Assembly (NCBI GenBank): GCA_017463865.1
Contig: JAFTOI010000003.1
Span: forward strand, 5,219 to 69,218
Length of the DNA: 64,000 nt
Source: Clostridia bacterium
GTDB lineage: Bacteria > Bacillota > Clostridia > Oscillospirales > CAG-272
Reading direction: 5' to 3'
Shown here: positions 39,145-48,318 of the stretch, piece after piece
Position numbering within the stretch: the stretch's first letter is position 1
Layout of the letters: every line of letters begins with the position of its first letter
Position numbers and translations under genes: made by a program
The notes under the pieces: generated by a model
Databases searched by the model: none
What the model saw: the letters and a program-made list of their open reading frames with translations, nothing else
What the model was told of the DNA's origin: nothing

Positions 39145-39627
39145 ATGTCCATTGAAGCTGTCCGCGCCTATCTGGCCGACTTCGGTCTTGACGGGCGCGT
39201 CATCGAATTCAACGTATCCTCCGCCACCGTCGCCCTCGCCGCCGAGGCGCTGGGCTGCGACGGGGCGCACATTGCCAAGTCGCTGACCTTTCACGGCAAG
39301 ACGGGCACCATCCTGCTCGTCGCCGCCGGAGATGCAAGAATCGACAACGCAAAATTCAAATCGCAGTTCGGCCTCAAGGCCAAGATGCTCACCCCCGAGG
39401 AGGTCATCGCCGCGACCGGCCATGCCGTCGGCGGGGTCTGCCCCTTTGCCCTGCCCGAGACCGGCGTCGAGGTCTGGCTCGACGTCTCGCTGCGCCGGTT
39501 TGAGACGGTCTATCCCGCCTGCGGCACAGCCAGCAGCGCCATCCCGCTCGACTGCGAGACCCTCTATCGCGCCTCGGGCGCGCTGGGCTGGGTCGATGTC
39601 TGCCGCGGCTGGGAGACCGAGGCGTGA
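39145..39627 (+). CDS. YbaK/ProX-type aminoacyl-tRNA editing (deacylase) domain protein
   Basis: 160 aa. Motifs IAKSL and GGVCPF. Confidence 0.8.
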   Translation: MSIEAVRAYLADFGLDGRVIEFNVSSATVALAAEALGCDGAHIAKSLTFHGKTGTILLVAAGDARIDNAKFKSQFGLKAKMLTPEEVIAATGHAVGGVCPFALPETGVEVWLDVSLRRFETVYPACGTASSAIPLDCETLYRASGALGWVDVCRGWETEA

Positions 39628-40985
39628 GCCATTATGTCGGCTGGTTTCTGCAGGTCTTCTCCCTCGCACTGAGCGTCCTGCTCTTCGGCGGGCTGATCTG
39701 GCTCTGCATCCGCCGCTGGCGGATCGCGCGGGGCAAGCCCCTGCCGCCGATCCGGCCATGGCGCGCACTGCTGACCTTCGCCCTGGCCGGCGATGTGCTG
39801 ATGACCGTCATCCTGACGCTCATCTCACGCGGCACCGTCACCATGACGCAGTTTCATCCCCTCGCCAGCTGGTGGGAGGCGTGGAACGCCTGGTCGCCGC
39901 ATCTCTTCGCGCAGCTTTTCCTCAATATCGGCGTCTTCGTCCCCTTCGGCGCGCTGCTGTCGCTGCGCTTCGCGCGGCTGCGGCGGGTCTGGGCGGTGGG
40001 CGTGATCTCGTTCGGCTTCTCGCTCGGCATTGAGACACTGCAGCTGATCTTCCAGCGCGGCGTGTTTGATGTCGATGATCTCCTCTGCAACACGCTGGGC
40101 GGCATCCTCGGCGGTGCGCTGGTCTGCTTCGCCGTGCATCTGCACGGCCGACGGCCGTGGCGTGCGGCGCTCGCCGCCCTGCCCATTCTTGCGGGCGGAG
40201 CCGCATGTGCGCTCTTCTTCGGCAGCTACGCCGCGCAGCCGTATGGCAACCTCGCCATTGCGCCGAACTACCGCTACCCGATGCGCGGCGTGGCGTTCAC
40301 GACGGAGACCGAGCTGGCGGACGAGCCCTCGACCGCACCTGTCTTCGTCAAGCGCAGCTTCACCGCGCAGGAGGCAGTCGCCGCCGCCGAGGGCATCCTC
40401 GCCGGGCTCGGACTGTCGGCGACTGACGGCGTGACCGAGCATTTCACCAGCGCCAGCTGCTTCAATTTCGCCGACGACGGCGTCTATCTCACCTACGACC
40501 GCGACGGCAGCTGGTATCTCTGCCACGACGCCGGCGGCGCGCGGCCAGCACCCGCCATCGGCTCCGCCGAGGCGTTGGCCGGCTGGCTGAGCGGCTTCGG
40601 GCTTGATTTGGCCGACGCTGATATCGTCTACGCCGGCAGACGCCTCTGGCACGTCACCCCCGCGCAGCCGGCCAACGGCGCGCCGGCCGGCAGCATCACC
40701 TGCACCTTCTACGACGACGGCGCGTGGACGGTCGAAGCCGACACCCCCAGCCTTGTGCCGGTCGCCGTTGAGCCTATCCTCACCCCCGCCGAGGCGGCCG
40801 CGGCCATCCGCGAAGGCCGCTTCCGCTGGTTCTATGACCAGATGCCATCCTTCTCTTCCCTCTCGCTGCGCGGGCTGACGCTCGTCTACCGCACCGACAC
40901 CAAGGGCTATCAGGTGCCGGTCTGGCAGGCCTCGCTCACCGTCGACGGGCAGAATGCTGCCATCCTCATCCCCGCACTCAAGTAA
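39624..40985 (+). CDS. VanZ-family membrane protein with a ~260-aa extracytoplasmic C-terminal extension
   Basis: GTG start overlaps the ybaK-like stop (GTGA). VanZ core FLNIGVFVPFG...ETLQLIFQRGVFDVDDLLCNTLGGILG. Confidence 0.7.
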   Translation: MSHYVGWFLQVFSLALSVLLFGGLIWLCIRRWRIARGKPLPPIRPWRALLTFALAGDVLMTVILTLISRGTVTMTQFHPLASWWEAWNAWSPHLFAQLFLNIGVFVPFGALLSLRFARLRRVWAVGVISFGFSLGIETLQLIFQRGVFDVDDLLCNTLGGILGGALVCFAVHLHGRRPWRAALAALPILAGGAACALFFGSYAAQPYGNLAIAPNYRYPMRGVAFTTETELADEPSTAPVFVKRSFTAQEAVAAAEGILAGLGLSATDGVTEHFTSASCFNFADDGVYLTYDRDGSWYLCHDAGGARPAPAIGSAEALAGWLSGFGLDLADADIVYAGRRLWHVTPAQPANGAPAGSITCTFYDDGAWTVEADTPSLVPVAVEPILTPAEAAAAIREGRFRWFYDQMPSFSSLSLRGLTLVYRTDTKGYQVPVWQASLTVDGQNAAILIPALK

Positions 40986-41003
40986 CATCATCCGGAGGTA
41001 ATC

Positions 41004-43010
41004 ATGGCAAAAAAAGCCACCGAAACCAAGAAACCGCAATACAATAACCAATCCATCACCATGCTCAAGGGCGCCGACCGCGTCCGCAAGCGCCCAGCTG
41101 TCATCTTCGGCTCGGACGGCCTCGAGGGCTGCGAGCATTCCTTCTTCGAGATTCTCTCAAACGCCGTTGACGAGGCCCGCGAGGGCTACGGCACGGTAAT
41201 CAAGGTCACCGCCTACGCCGACCACTCGCTCGAGGTCGACGACCACGGCCGCGGCGTGCCGCTGGGCTGGAATGAGGCCGAGGGCAAGTTCAACTGGGAG
41301 CTGGTCTACTGCGAGCTTTACGCCGGCGGCAAGTACAACAACAACGACGATGACGCCGCCTACGAGTATTCGCTCGGCCTCAACGGCCTCGGCGCCTGCG
41401 CGACGCAGTACAGCTCCGAGTATATGGAAGTGCGCTCCTACGACGGTGAGAATCTGCACAAGATCAGCTTCGCCAAGGGTGAGCCGGTCAGCGAACTTGA
41501 AACCATCCCCTTGGGCAAAAACGAGCGCCGCACCGGCACCGTCATCCGCTGGAAGCCCGACCTCGAGGTCTTCACCGACATTGCCATCCCGCAAGAGTTT
41601 TTCTCCGACACCCTGCGCCGTCAGTCGGTCACTACCGCCGGCCTCGAGTTTGATCTGTGCCTCGAGCAGCCTGACGGCAGCTTCACCGAGCAGACCTTCG
41701 TCTACCCCAACGGCATCTCCGATTACATTGCCGAGCTGGCGGGCGAGACCTCACTGACCGCGCCTGTCCTCTGGAAGATGGAGGCCCAGGGCCGCGACCG
41801 CGCCGACAAGGAGCCGTACAAGCTCAAGGCCGAGATCTCCTTCTGCGTCTCGAACACCGTCAATGTGCTCGAGTATTACCACTGCTCCTCCTACCTCGAG
41901 CACGGCGGATCGCCCGATAAGGCGGTGCGCTCGGCCTTCGTCTACGCGCTGGACAAGTACATGAAGGCGAACGGCAAGTACAACAAGAACGAATCGAAGA
42001 TCACCTTCGCCGACGTCGAGGACTGCCTGGTGCTGGTCATCAACTCGGTTTCGACCCAGACTTCCTACGAAAACCAGACAAAAAAGGCCATCAACAACCG
42101 CTTCATCGCCGAGGCGCTGACCGACTTTCTCAAGGAAAACCTCGACCTCTACCTCGTCGAGAACCCGACCGCCGCCGAGCAGTTCGCCAATCAGGTGCTG
42201 GTCAACAAGCGCAGCCGCGAGAGCGCTGAGAGCACCCGCCTCAACCTCAAGAAAAAGCTAACCGGCACCATGGACATTGCCAACCGGGTCGAGAAGTTCG
42301 TCAACTGCCGCTCGAAGGATCCCGGGCTGCGCGAGCTCTATATCGTGGAGGGCGACTCGGCGCTGACCTCGGTCAAGCTGGCCCGCAACGCCGAGTTTCA
42401 GGCCGTCATCCCGGTGCGCGGCAAGACACTGAACTGCCTCAAGGCCACCTATGACAAGATCTTCAAGAGCGACATTATCCTCGATCTGCTCCGGGTCATC
42501 GGCTGCGGCGTCGAGATCAAGGGCAAGGTGAAGGGAGACATCGTCCCGTTTGATCTGTCTGCCCTGCGCTGGTCGAAGATCATCATCTGCACCGATGCTG
42601 ATGAGGACGGGTTCCAGATCCGCACCCTGCTGCTGACCCTCTTCTACCGCCTGCTGCCCACCCTGCTGGCCGAGGGCAAGGTCTTCATTGCCGAGTCCCC
42701 GCTCTTCGAGATCACCACCAAGGACGACACCTTCTTCGCCTACAACGAAGCCGAGAAGGCACAGATTCTGCGCCAGCTGGGGAGCAAGAAATACACCCTC
42801 CAGCGCTCGAAGGGTCTGGGTGAGAACGCGCCCGACATGATGTCCAAGACCACCATGAACCCCGCAACCCGCCGGCTCATCGCCGTCACCCCCGCTGATG
42901 CCGCCGCGACCGAGATCATCTTCGACACCCTGCTCGGCGACAACCTCCCCGCCCGCAAGGCCTTCATTGCCGCGCACGGCAGCGAATATATGCTCGAGGC
43001 GGATATCTAA
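41004..43010 (+). CDS. Type IIA DNA topoisomerase subunit B (GyrB/ParE family, divergent N-terminus)
   Basis: GHKL ATPase start (LKGADRVRKRPAVIFG...ILSNAVDEA). Toprim motifs YIVEGDSA, PVRGKTLN, CTDADEDGFQI. Confidence 0.85.
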   Translation: MAKKATETKKPQYNNQSITMLKGADRVRKRPAVIFGSDGLEGCEHSFFEILSNAVDEAREGYGTVIKVTAYADHSLEVDDHGRGVPLGWNEAEGKFNWELVYCELYAGGKYNNNDDDAAYEYSLGLNGLGACATQYSSEYMEVRSYDGENLHKISFAKGEPVSELETIPLGKNERRTGTVIRWKPDLEVFTDIAIPQEFFSDTLRRQSVTTAGLEFDLCLEQPDGSFTEQTFVYPNGISDYIAELAGETSLTAPVLWKMEAQGRDRADKEPYKLKAEISFCVSNTVNVLEYYHCSSYLEHGGSPDKAVRSAFVYALDKYMKANGKYNKNESKITFADVEDCLVLVINSVSTQTSYENQTKKAINNRFIAEALTDFLKENLDLYLVENPTAAEQFANQVLVNKRSRESAESTRLNLKKKLTGTMDIANRVEKFVNCRSKDPGLRELYIVEGDSALTSVKLARNAEFQAVIPVRGKTLNCLKATYDKIFKSDIILDLLRVIGCGVEIKGKVKGDIVPFDLSALRWSKIIICTDADEDGFQIRTLLLTLFYRLLPTLLAEGKVFIAESPLFEITTKDDTFFAYNEAEKAQILRQLGSKKYTLQRSKGLGENAPDMMSKTTMNPATRRLIAVTPADAAATEIIFDTLLGDNLPARKAFIAAHGSEYMLEADI

Positions 43011-43014
43011 AGCA

Positions 43015-43055
43015 AAAAAGTCTGTGCCACCCGATCGGATGGGCACAGACTTTTT
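43015..43055. terminator. Bidirectional rho-independent terminator
   Basis: AAAAAGTCTGTGCC-13 nt-GGCACAGACTTTTT between convergent genes. Confidence 0.8.
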
Positions 43056-43060
43056 GTTGT

Positions 43061-43468
43061 TTATTTGCCGGCAGGCCCGCGGAAACCGGCGGCGGTCAGC
43101 CGCCGGACGGCCTCGGCGTCGCGGTCGACGCGCAGAATGATGCAGGCACCATCGCCGGATGAAACATAGGTGTACATATATTCGATCTGGATATCCTCCA
43201 ACAGGCGAAGCAGCTCGACCAGGCCGCCCGGCTTGTCGTTGATGCAGACCGCGAGCACCGACGTGATCGACGCGGTGATGTGATGCTCCCGCAAGATGCC
43301 CTCCAGACGCTCGGGGTCGTCGACGATCAGGCGCAGGATGCCGAAGCTGGTCGTGTCGGCCACCGACAATGCGCGGATGTTGATCCCATTCTTGGCGATG
43401 ATGTCGGTCACCTCGGCCAGACGTCCCTGGCGATTTTCAATAAAGATCGAAACTTGCTTCGTGGTCAT
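43061..43468 (-). CDS. ACT-domain protein (tandem ACT)
   Basis: ORF 43061..43657 trimmed to ATG 43468 (AGGAGGAA RBS). MTTKQVSIFIENRQGRLAEVTDIIAKNGINIRAL is a typical ACT start. Confidence 0.75.
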   Translation of the reverse strand: MTTKQVSIFIENRQGRLAEVTDIIAKNGINIRALSVADTTSFGILRLIVDDPERLEGILREHHITASITSVLAVCINDKPGGLVELLRLLEDIQIEYMYTYVSSGDGACIILRVDRDAEAVRRLTAAGFRGPAGK

Positions 43469-43598
43469 GTTATTCCTCCTGCTTTGTGGGCTTGATGCGG
43501 TCAGCGCGGACAGATCAAAGTCATACCACCGTTCATTATACCAAATCTCCCCGCCTCCGTCAAGAGGGCGGGGAGATTTTCTCATACCATTTCGCCGC

Positions 43599-45014
43599 TC
43601 AGAGCCCCAGCTCACGCCGCCAGACGGCGATATAGCGCTCCGCGATCGCCGCCTCACCTGCCTCGGCGAAGATGCGCAGCAGCGGCTCGGTGCCCGAGAA
43701 GCGGCAGATCACAAACGATCCGTCGGCGAAGTACAGCTTGCAGCCGTCCTCGCGATTGACGCGCACCAGCTCCGCACCGAAGTCGGGATAGCTCTCCCGC
43801 TCCATGACAGCGCGGCCGATCGCCTCGCGCGACTCGGCCGGGAAGCGCAGATTGGCCTCCACCATCTCGTAGCTGCCGTAGCGCTCGCGCAGGCTGTCGA
43901 TCAGCTCGCTGGCCGAGCGGCCCAGCACCGACAGCATCTCGACAAAAAGCACAGCGGCGTAGATCGAGTCCTTGCCGTTGATGTGCCCGCGCACCGTCAG
44001 GCCGCCCGACGACTCGCCGCCAAGCACCGCGTCGACCTCGTCGATCTTGGCCGAGATGTACTTGAACCCGACCGGCACCTCGTAGCAGGTCTCGCCGAAG
44101 GACTCGGCGATGGCGTCAAGCATGTGCGTCGTGGCGAGGTTGCGCACGACCGGGCCCTTCCAGCCCTTGTGCTCGTGCAGATAGTAGTAGAGCAGGCAGA
44201 GGATCTCATTGGCGTCGATGTAGCGGCCGTTCGAGTCGATGATGCCCAGCCGGTCGCCGTCGCCGTCGACGGCGATGCCGAGGTCATATTTTCCGTCGAC
44301 GACCTTGTCCATCAGATCATTCAGGCTGTGCGCAGACGGCGCGGGCATGCTGCCCCCAAAGTAGGCGTCCTTATTGCTGTTGATGAGGTCGACCGTGCAG
44401 CGCGCCGTGAAGAGCAGCACCAGCAGCGGGTAGGTACCCGAGCCGTGCATCGGGTCGAAGAGAACGCGCAGACCACGGGCGCGGATGGCGTCGGTATCCA
44501 TGACAGCGAGGATGTCGTCAAGGAAGTCGTTGAAGGGGTTCTGGATATAGGAGATCTTCCCGGCCGCGCAGGCGTCGGTGAAGGGCAGGCTGACAATGTC
44601 AGCCTCGCCCAGCGCGTCGATCAGCGCCTCCAACCGCGCCGTCGTCTCGAGAGGGGCGTCCCGCCCCTCCTCGACGATCAGCTTAATGCCGTTGTACTCG
44701 GCCGGATTGTGGCTGGCCGTCACCTCGAGGCCAACGTAAAATCCCTGCTTCTTGACGGTGTGCATGATGAGCGGCGTCGGCGCACTGCGGCGCAGGAAGA
44801 GCACCTGCACGCCATTGCCGGCCAGCACCTCGGCGATCCACTCAGCCGCCTTGTTCGAGATAAAGCGGCGGTCGTAGCCGATGATGACCGGACGGTCGGT
44901 CTTGCCCTGCTCAGCCATGAGGGCATAGACGCCCTGCGCCACGCGGCGGATATTCTCGCGGGTGAAGTCGTCGCCGATCACGGCGCGCCAGCCGCCTGTT
45001 CCAAATCGGATCAT
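43599..45014 (-). CDS. Phosphoglucomutase/phosphomannomutase-family enzyme
   Basis: Trimmed to ATG 45014 (MIRFGTGGWR). Active-site TASHNP. Metal loop DGDGDR. Confidence 0.9.
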   Translation of the reverse strand: MIRFGTGGWRAVIGDDFTRENIRRVAQGVYALMAEQGKTDRPVIIGYDRRFISNKAAEWIAEVLAGNGVQVLFLRRSAPTPLIMHTVKKQGFYVGLEVTASHNPAEYNGIKLIVEEGRDAPLETTARLEALIDALGEADIVSLPFTDACAAGKISYIQNPFNDFLDDILAVMDTDAIRARGLRVLFDPMHGSGTYPLLVLLFTARCTVDLINSNKDAYFGGSMPAPSAHSLNDLMDKVVDGKYDLGIAVDGDGDRLGIIDSNGRYIDANEILCLLYYYLHEHKGWKGPVVRNLATTHMLDAIAESFGETCYEVPVGFKYISAKIDEVDAVLGGESSGGLTVRGHINGKDSIYAAVLFVEMLSVLGRSASELIDSLRERYGSYEMVEANLRFPAESREAIGRAVMERESYPDFGAELVRVNREDGCKLYFADGSFVICRFSGTEPLLRIFAEAGEAAIAERYIAVWRRELGL

Positions 45015-46240
45015 TTGCTGTCCCCCCCGAGGTGCGCGTCGCACCAGATCATGTAGTGGTCGGAGTGCTTGACCTCCAGCATGCCGTCGTCGATCACCGA
45101 CCAGCCCGCCGACATGGCGATGTTATCGATGGCACTGCTCGACGAGTAGAAGGAGCCCAGCTGATTGTCGGGCCGATTGAGCAGCGTGGTGTAGTTCAGC
45201 ACGGCGAACTCGGCGAAATCGCCGGTGTTGAAGTCGCCGGTGAGCAGCCAGGGCGCATCCTTCGGCAGCAGCTCGGCGATCTGCGCGAACTGTTTTGTAC
45301 GCACCTCTTTGCTCTCGTAGGAAAGATGGGTGTTGAAGAAATGGACATGCGTGCCGTTGACGTCCAGCACGGCATGGCCGATCGAGCGCTGCTCATGCGT
45401 CCCCGACTCAAGCGGCGTCACCTCAAAGGAGACGATCGGCCAGCGGGACAGGATACCAGTGCCATATTCGCCGGTGCCGAGCGGAATGCCCTTCGCGAAG
45501 GCGTAGTATTCCATGCCCGACGCCTCGGAGAGCAGCTTCATGGTGTCGATATAGCCCGAGCGCTTGGCGTTCTGGTCGATCTCCTGCAGGCCAACCACGT
45601 CGATGTTCAGCCCCGTAAGGTCATCGGCCAGCACCTGCATATTCATGTCAACGTCGGCGCCGTGCCGGATATTGTAGGATGCAACTCTCAGCATTACTTC
45701 ACCCTCCTGAATGTTGTCTTCGTAGAGATATGTGTAGTCCATCGTTCCCTGCCCTGCGGCGAGCAGCTCGATGAATTTGTCGGCGGCAAGGGAGAGCGCG
45801 TAGTCGCTCCCGCCCACCACCACGATATCGTCGCCGACCGTGCGGATCAGATAGTCGAAGGCGCCAAGCTCTTCCATCGCCTCAACACTGGCCGTGCGAT
45901 TGGTCGCACCGAAGAGCAGCTCCCGCTCGCCGGCGGCGTCGGGATCGCTTCCCCGCTTGACCCAGTCGGTGGTGATCGTCATCTCCACCCCGGTCTCGGC
46001 CTGGATGTTCAGCCGGAAATCGAGCACAGTGTCGAGCAGATACTGTGTCCCCACATCGGGACGAACGAGCGTATACGCCGCCAGCCGCTCAGCGAGCGGC
46101 TGCTCGGTCTCGGGGGCGGCGGTGGTCATGGCCGACGCAATATCCTCGACCGGCAGTTCGGACGCGCAGGCCGTGACGGTCAGCATCAACGCGCCGAGCG
46201 CCGCGGCGCCCAGACGGCAAAAAAATCGGTTAGTTCGCAT
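45011..46240 (-). CDS. Exported lipoprotein: shared N-terminal module plus endonuclease/exonuclease/phosphatase (EEP) domain
   Basis: Trimmed to ATG 46240 (GGAGG RBS). Lipobox LTVTAC. EEP motifs SYNIRHG, GLQEID, GDFN, SDHY. The N-terminal module contains TDWVKRG, as in the two MBL lipoproteins. Confidence 0.8.
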   Translation of the reverse strand: MRTNRFFCRLGAAALGALMLTVTACASELPVEDIASAMTTAAPETEQPLAERLAAYTLVRPDVGTQYLLDTVLDFRLNIQAETGVEMTITTDWVKRGSDPDAAGERELLFGATNRTASVEAMEELGAFDYLIRTVGDDIVVVGGSDYALSLAADKFIELLAAGQGTMDYTYLYEDNIQEGEVMLRVASYNIRHGADVDMNMQVLADDLTGLNIDVVGLQEIDQNAKRSGYIDTMKLLSEASGMEYYAFAKGIPLGTGEYGTGILSRWPIVSFEVTPLESGTHEQRSIGHAVLDVNGTHVHFFNTHLSYESKEVRTKQFAQIAELLPKDAPWLLTGDFNTGDFAEFAVLNYTTLLNRPDNQLGSFYSSSSAIDNIAMSAGWSVIDDGMLEVKHSDHYMIWCDAHLGGDSK

Positions 46241-46250
46241 AAATACCTCC

Positions 46251-46286
46251 AAAAAGGCCGCGGAAACAGCTCCCTGCTCCGCGGCC
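46251..46286 (-). terminator. Rho-independent terminator after tktB, abutting the next gene's RBS
   Basis: Minus strand GGCCGCGGA-13 nt-TCCGCGGCC plus TTTTT, running directly into GGAGG of the EEP gene. Confidence 0.65.
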
Positions 46287-46299
46287 GTCAGGTTTTGGA

Positions 46300-47244
46300 T
46301 TATTTCTTGAGTGCGATGGCAGCCTTTGCCTTGGCGGTGATGTTCGCGGGGGTCAGGCCGTAGTGCTCAAGCAGAGCGGGAACCTTGCCCGAGTGGCCGA
46401 AGGTATCCTCGACACCGACGCGGAGCATCGGAACGGGGCAAGCCTCGCACAGGCACTCGGCGACAGCCGAGCCCAGACCGCCGATGATGTTGTGCTCCTC
46501 AGCGACGACCAGCGCACCGGTCTCACGAGCGGCGGCAAGGATGATCTCGCGGTCGAGGGGCTTGATGGTATGGATGTTGATGACGCGTGCGTCGATGCCC
46601 TCAGCAGCCAGGGTAGCGCGAGCGGAGAGGGCCATGTCGACCATGATACCGGTAGCAACGATGGTGACATCCTTGCCCTCGGCCAGCTGAATGCCCTTGC
46701 CCAGTTCGAACTTGTAGCTCGATGCGTCGAAGATGACCGGCACAGCCAGACGGCCGAAGCGCATGTAAACAGGGCCGTTGAAGTTGAGGGCGGCCTCGAC
46801 AGCGGCGCGAGCCTCAACAGCATCGGCGGGATTGATGATGGTCATGCCGGGGATGGAGCGCATGGTGGCGATATCCTCGTTGCACTGGTGGGTCGCGCCG
46901 TCCTCACCGACCGTGATGCCGGCGTGGGTCGCGCCGATCTTGACGTTGAGATGGGGGTAGCCGATCGAGTTACGGATCTGCTCGAAAGCGCGGCCAGCGG
47001 CGAACATAGCAAACGTAGAAGCGAAGGGGATCTTGCCGGCAGCGGCGAGGCCTGCTGCGACGGTCATCATGTTGCCCTCCGCGATACCGCAGTCGAAGAA
47101 GCGGTCGGGGAACTTTTTCTTAAAAACGCCGGTCTTAGTCGCGGCGGCGAGGTCAGCATCGAGCACCACAAAATTCGGATATTTGTCACCGAGCTCTGCC
47201 AGCGCGTTGCCGTAGGCCTCTCTGGTTGCAATCTTTTCAGCCAT
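46300..47244 (-). CDS. tktB: Transketolase, C-terminal (pyrimidine-binding) subunit
   Basis: 314 aa. Split-transketolase C-terminal half (FFDCGIAEGNM...). Confidence 0.9.
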   Translation of the reverse strand: MAEKIATREAYGNALAELGDKYPNFVVLDADLAAATKTGVFKKKFPDRFFDCGIAEGNMMTVAAGLAAAGKIPFASTFAMFAAGRAFEQIRNSIGYPHLNVKIGATHAGITVGEDGATHQCNEDIATMRSIPGMTIINPADAVEARAAVEAALNFNGPVYMRFGRLAVPVIFDASSYKFELGKGIQLAEGKDVTIVATGIMVDMALSARATLAAEGIDARVINIHTIKPLDREIILAAARETGALVVAEEHNIIGGLGSAVAECLCEACPVPMLRVGVEDTFGHSGKVPALLEHYGLTPANITAKAKAAIALKK

Positions 47245-47268
47245 TGTAAAATACCTTCCTTTCGTGAT

Positions 47269-48108
47269 TTAGCCCAGCTCGGCCATTGCTGCCTTGATCT
47301 CGGCAACAGCCTGCTCGTACTGCTCGGCATTGGGCGCGGTGCCGTGCCAGGATGCCTGATCCTCCATGAAGGAGACGCCCTTGCCCTTGATGGTCGTGGC
47401 AATGATGGCGGTGGGCTTGCCCTTGCATGCCTTGGCAGCCTCAAACGCGGCGGCGATCTGCTCGAAATCGTGGCCGTCGATGGAGATGACGTTCCAACCG
47501 AAGGCCTCGAGCTTCTTGTCGTGGGGAGTGGGATTCATGACATCGGTGATGCGGCCGTCGATCTGCAGGCCGTTCCAGTCGATGACCATGACGAGGTTGT
47601 CCAGCTTGTAGTGAGCGGCAAACATCGCGGCCTCCCAAACCTGACCCTCCTGGCTCTCACCGTCGCCGACCATGGCGTAGGTGCGGTAATCCTTGCCGTC
47701 GATCTTGGCGGCAAGCGCCATACCGCAGGCGGCGGAGATGCCGAGACCCAGCGAACCTGTGGTCATGTCGACGCCGGGGGTATGTTTCATATCGGGGTGA
47801 CCCTGCAGGAAGCTGTCCAGCTGGCGGAGATTCTTCAGCTCGGCGGGATCGAAGAAGCCGCGCTGAGCGAGAACCGAATAAAGAGCGGGAGCGGTGTGAC
47901 CCTTCGAGAGCACAAGACGGTCGCGGTCGGCCATCTGGGGATTTGCGGGATCAATGTTCATCTCCTCAAAGTAGAGATAGGTCAGAATATCGGTGATCGA
48001 GAGCGAGCCGCCGGGATGACCCGAGCTTGCGCTGAAGACCCCCTCAAGCACACCGAGACGAACCTTCGCCGCGATCTGCTTCAGGGCTTTGATTTTAGCC
48101 TGTTCCAT
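47269..48108 (-). CDS. tktA: Transketolase, N-terminal (TPP-binding) subunit
   Basis: 279 aa. SGHPGGSLS and GDGESQEGQVWEA TPP-binding motifs. Confidence 0.9.
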   Translation of the reverse strand: MEQAKIKALKQIAAKVRLGVLEGVFSASSGHPGGSLSITDILTYLYFEEMNIDPANPQMADRDRLVLSKGHTAPALYSVLAQRGFFDPAELKNLRQLDSFLQGHPDMKHTPGVDMTTGSLGLGISAACGMALAAKIDGKDYRTYAMVGDGESQEGQVWEAAMFAAHYKLDNLVMVIDWNGLQIDGRITDVMNPTPHDKKLEAFGWNVISIDGHDFEQIAAAFEAAKACKGKPTAIIATTIKGKGVSFMEDQASWHGTAPNAEQYEQAVAEIKAAMAELG

Positions 48109-48162
48109 GAGTATCCTCCTGTTTTGTTCCGGCGCGTAACGGCCGAAATTTCTTCATGTTAT

Positions 48163-48191
48163 ATTATAACGCATGAAATGGCCGTTGTCAA
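48163..48191 (-). promoter_or_regulatory. Perfect consensus sigma-A promoter TTGACA-17-TATAAT (tktAB)
   Basis: Minus strand: -35 at 48186..48191, -10 at 48163..48168. Confidence 0.85.
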
Positions 48192-48272
48192 GGTGGGGCG
48201 GGGATGTTATTTATTTAACGCACGAAATTGCGCAAAACCGCAACAAATCTAATGGATCAAGCCCTTCCCCGC

Positions 48273-48304
48273 AAAAAAGGTGCCGCAGCATCCGCTGCGG
48301 CACC
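48273..48304 (-). terminator. Rho-independent terminator
   Basis: Minus strand GGTGCCGCAGC-GGAT-GCTGCGGCACC plus T6, 15 nt after stop 48319. Confidence 0.85.
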
Positions 48305-48318
48305 CGCCTGTTTCAAAC

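Noticed and set aside
39064-39768. 234-aa ORF antisense to the YbaK-like gene, and Arg/Ala-rich ORFs overlapping the VanZ gene (39825..41138).
   Set aside because: Extremely Arg/Ala/Gly-rich shadow frames. The sense-strand genes have clear family motifs and start contexts.
46300-48108. Transketolase split into two ORFs, which could look like a frameshifted pseudogene.
   Set aside because: Split N- and C-terminal transketolase subunits are a normal arrangement in many anaerobic Firmicutes. Each half has its own RBS and intact motifs, and a 24-nt spacer separates them.
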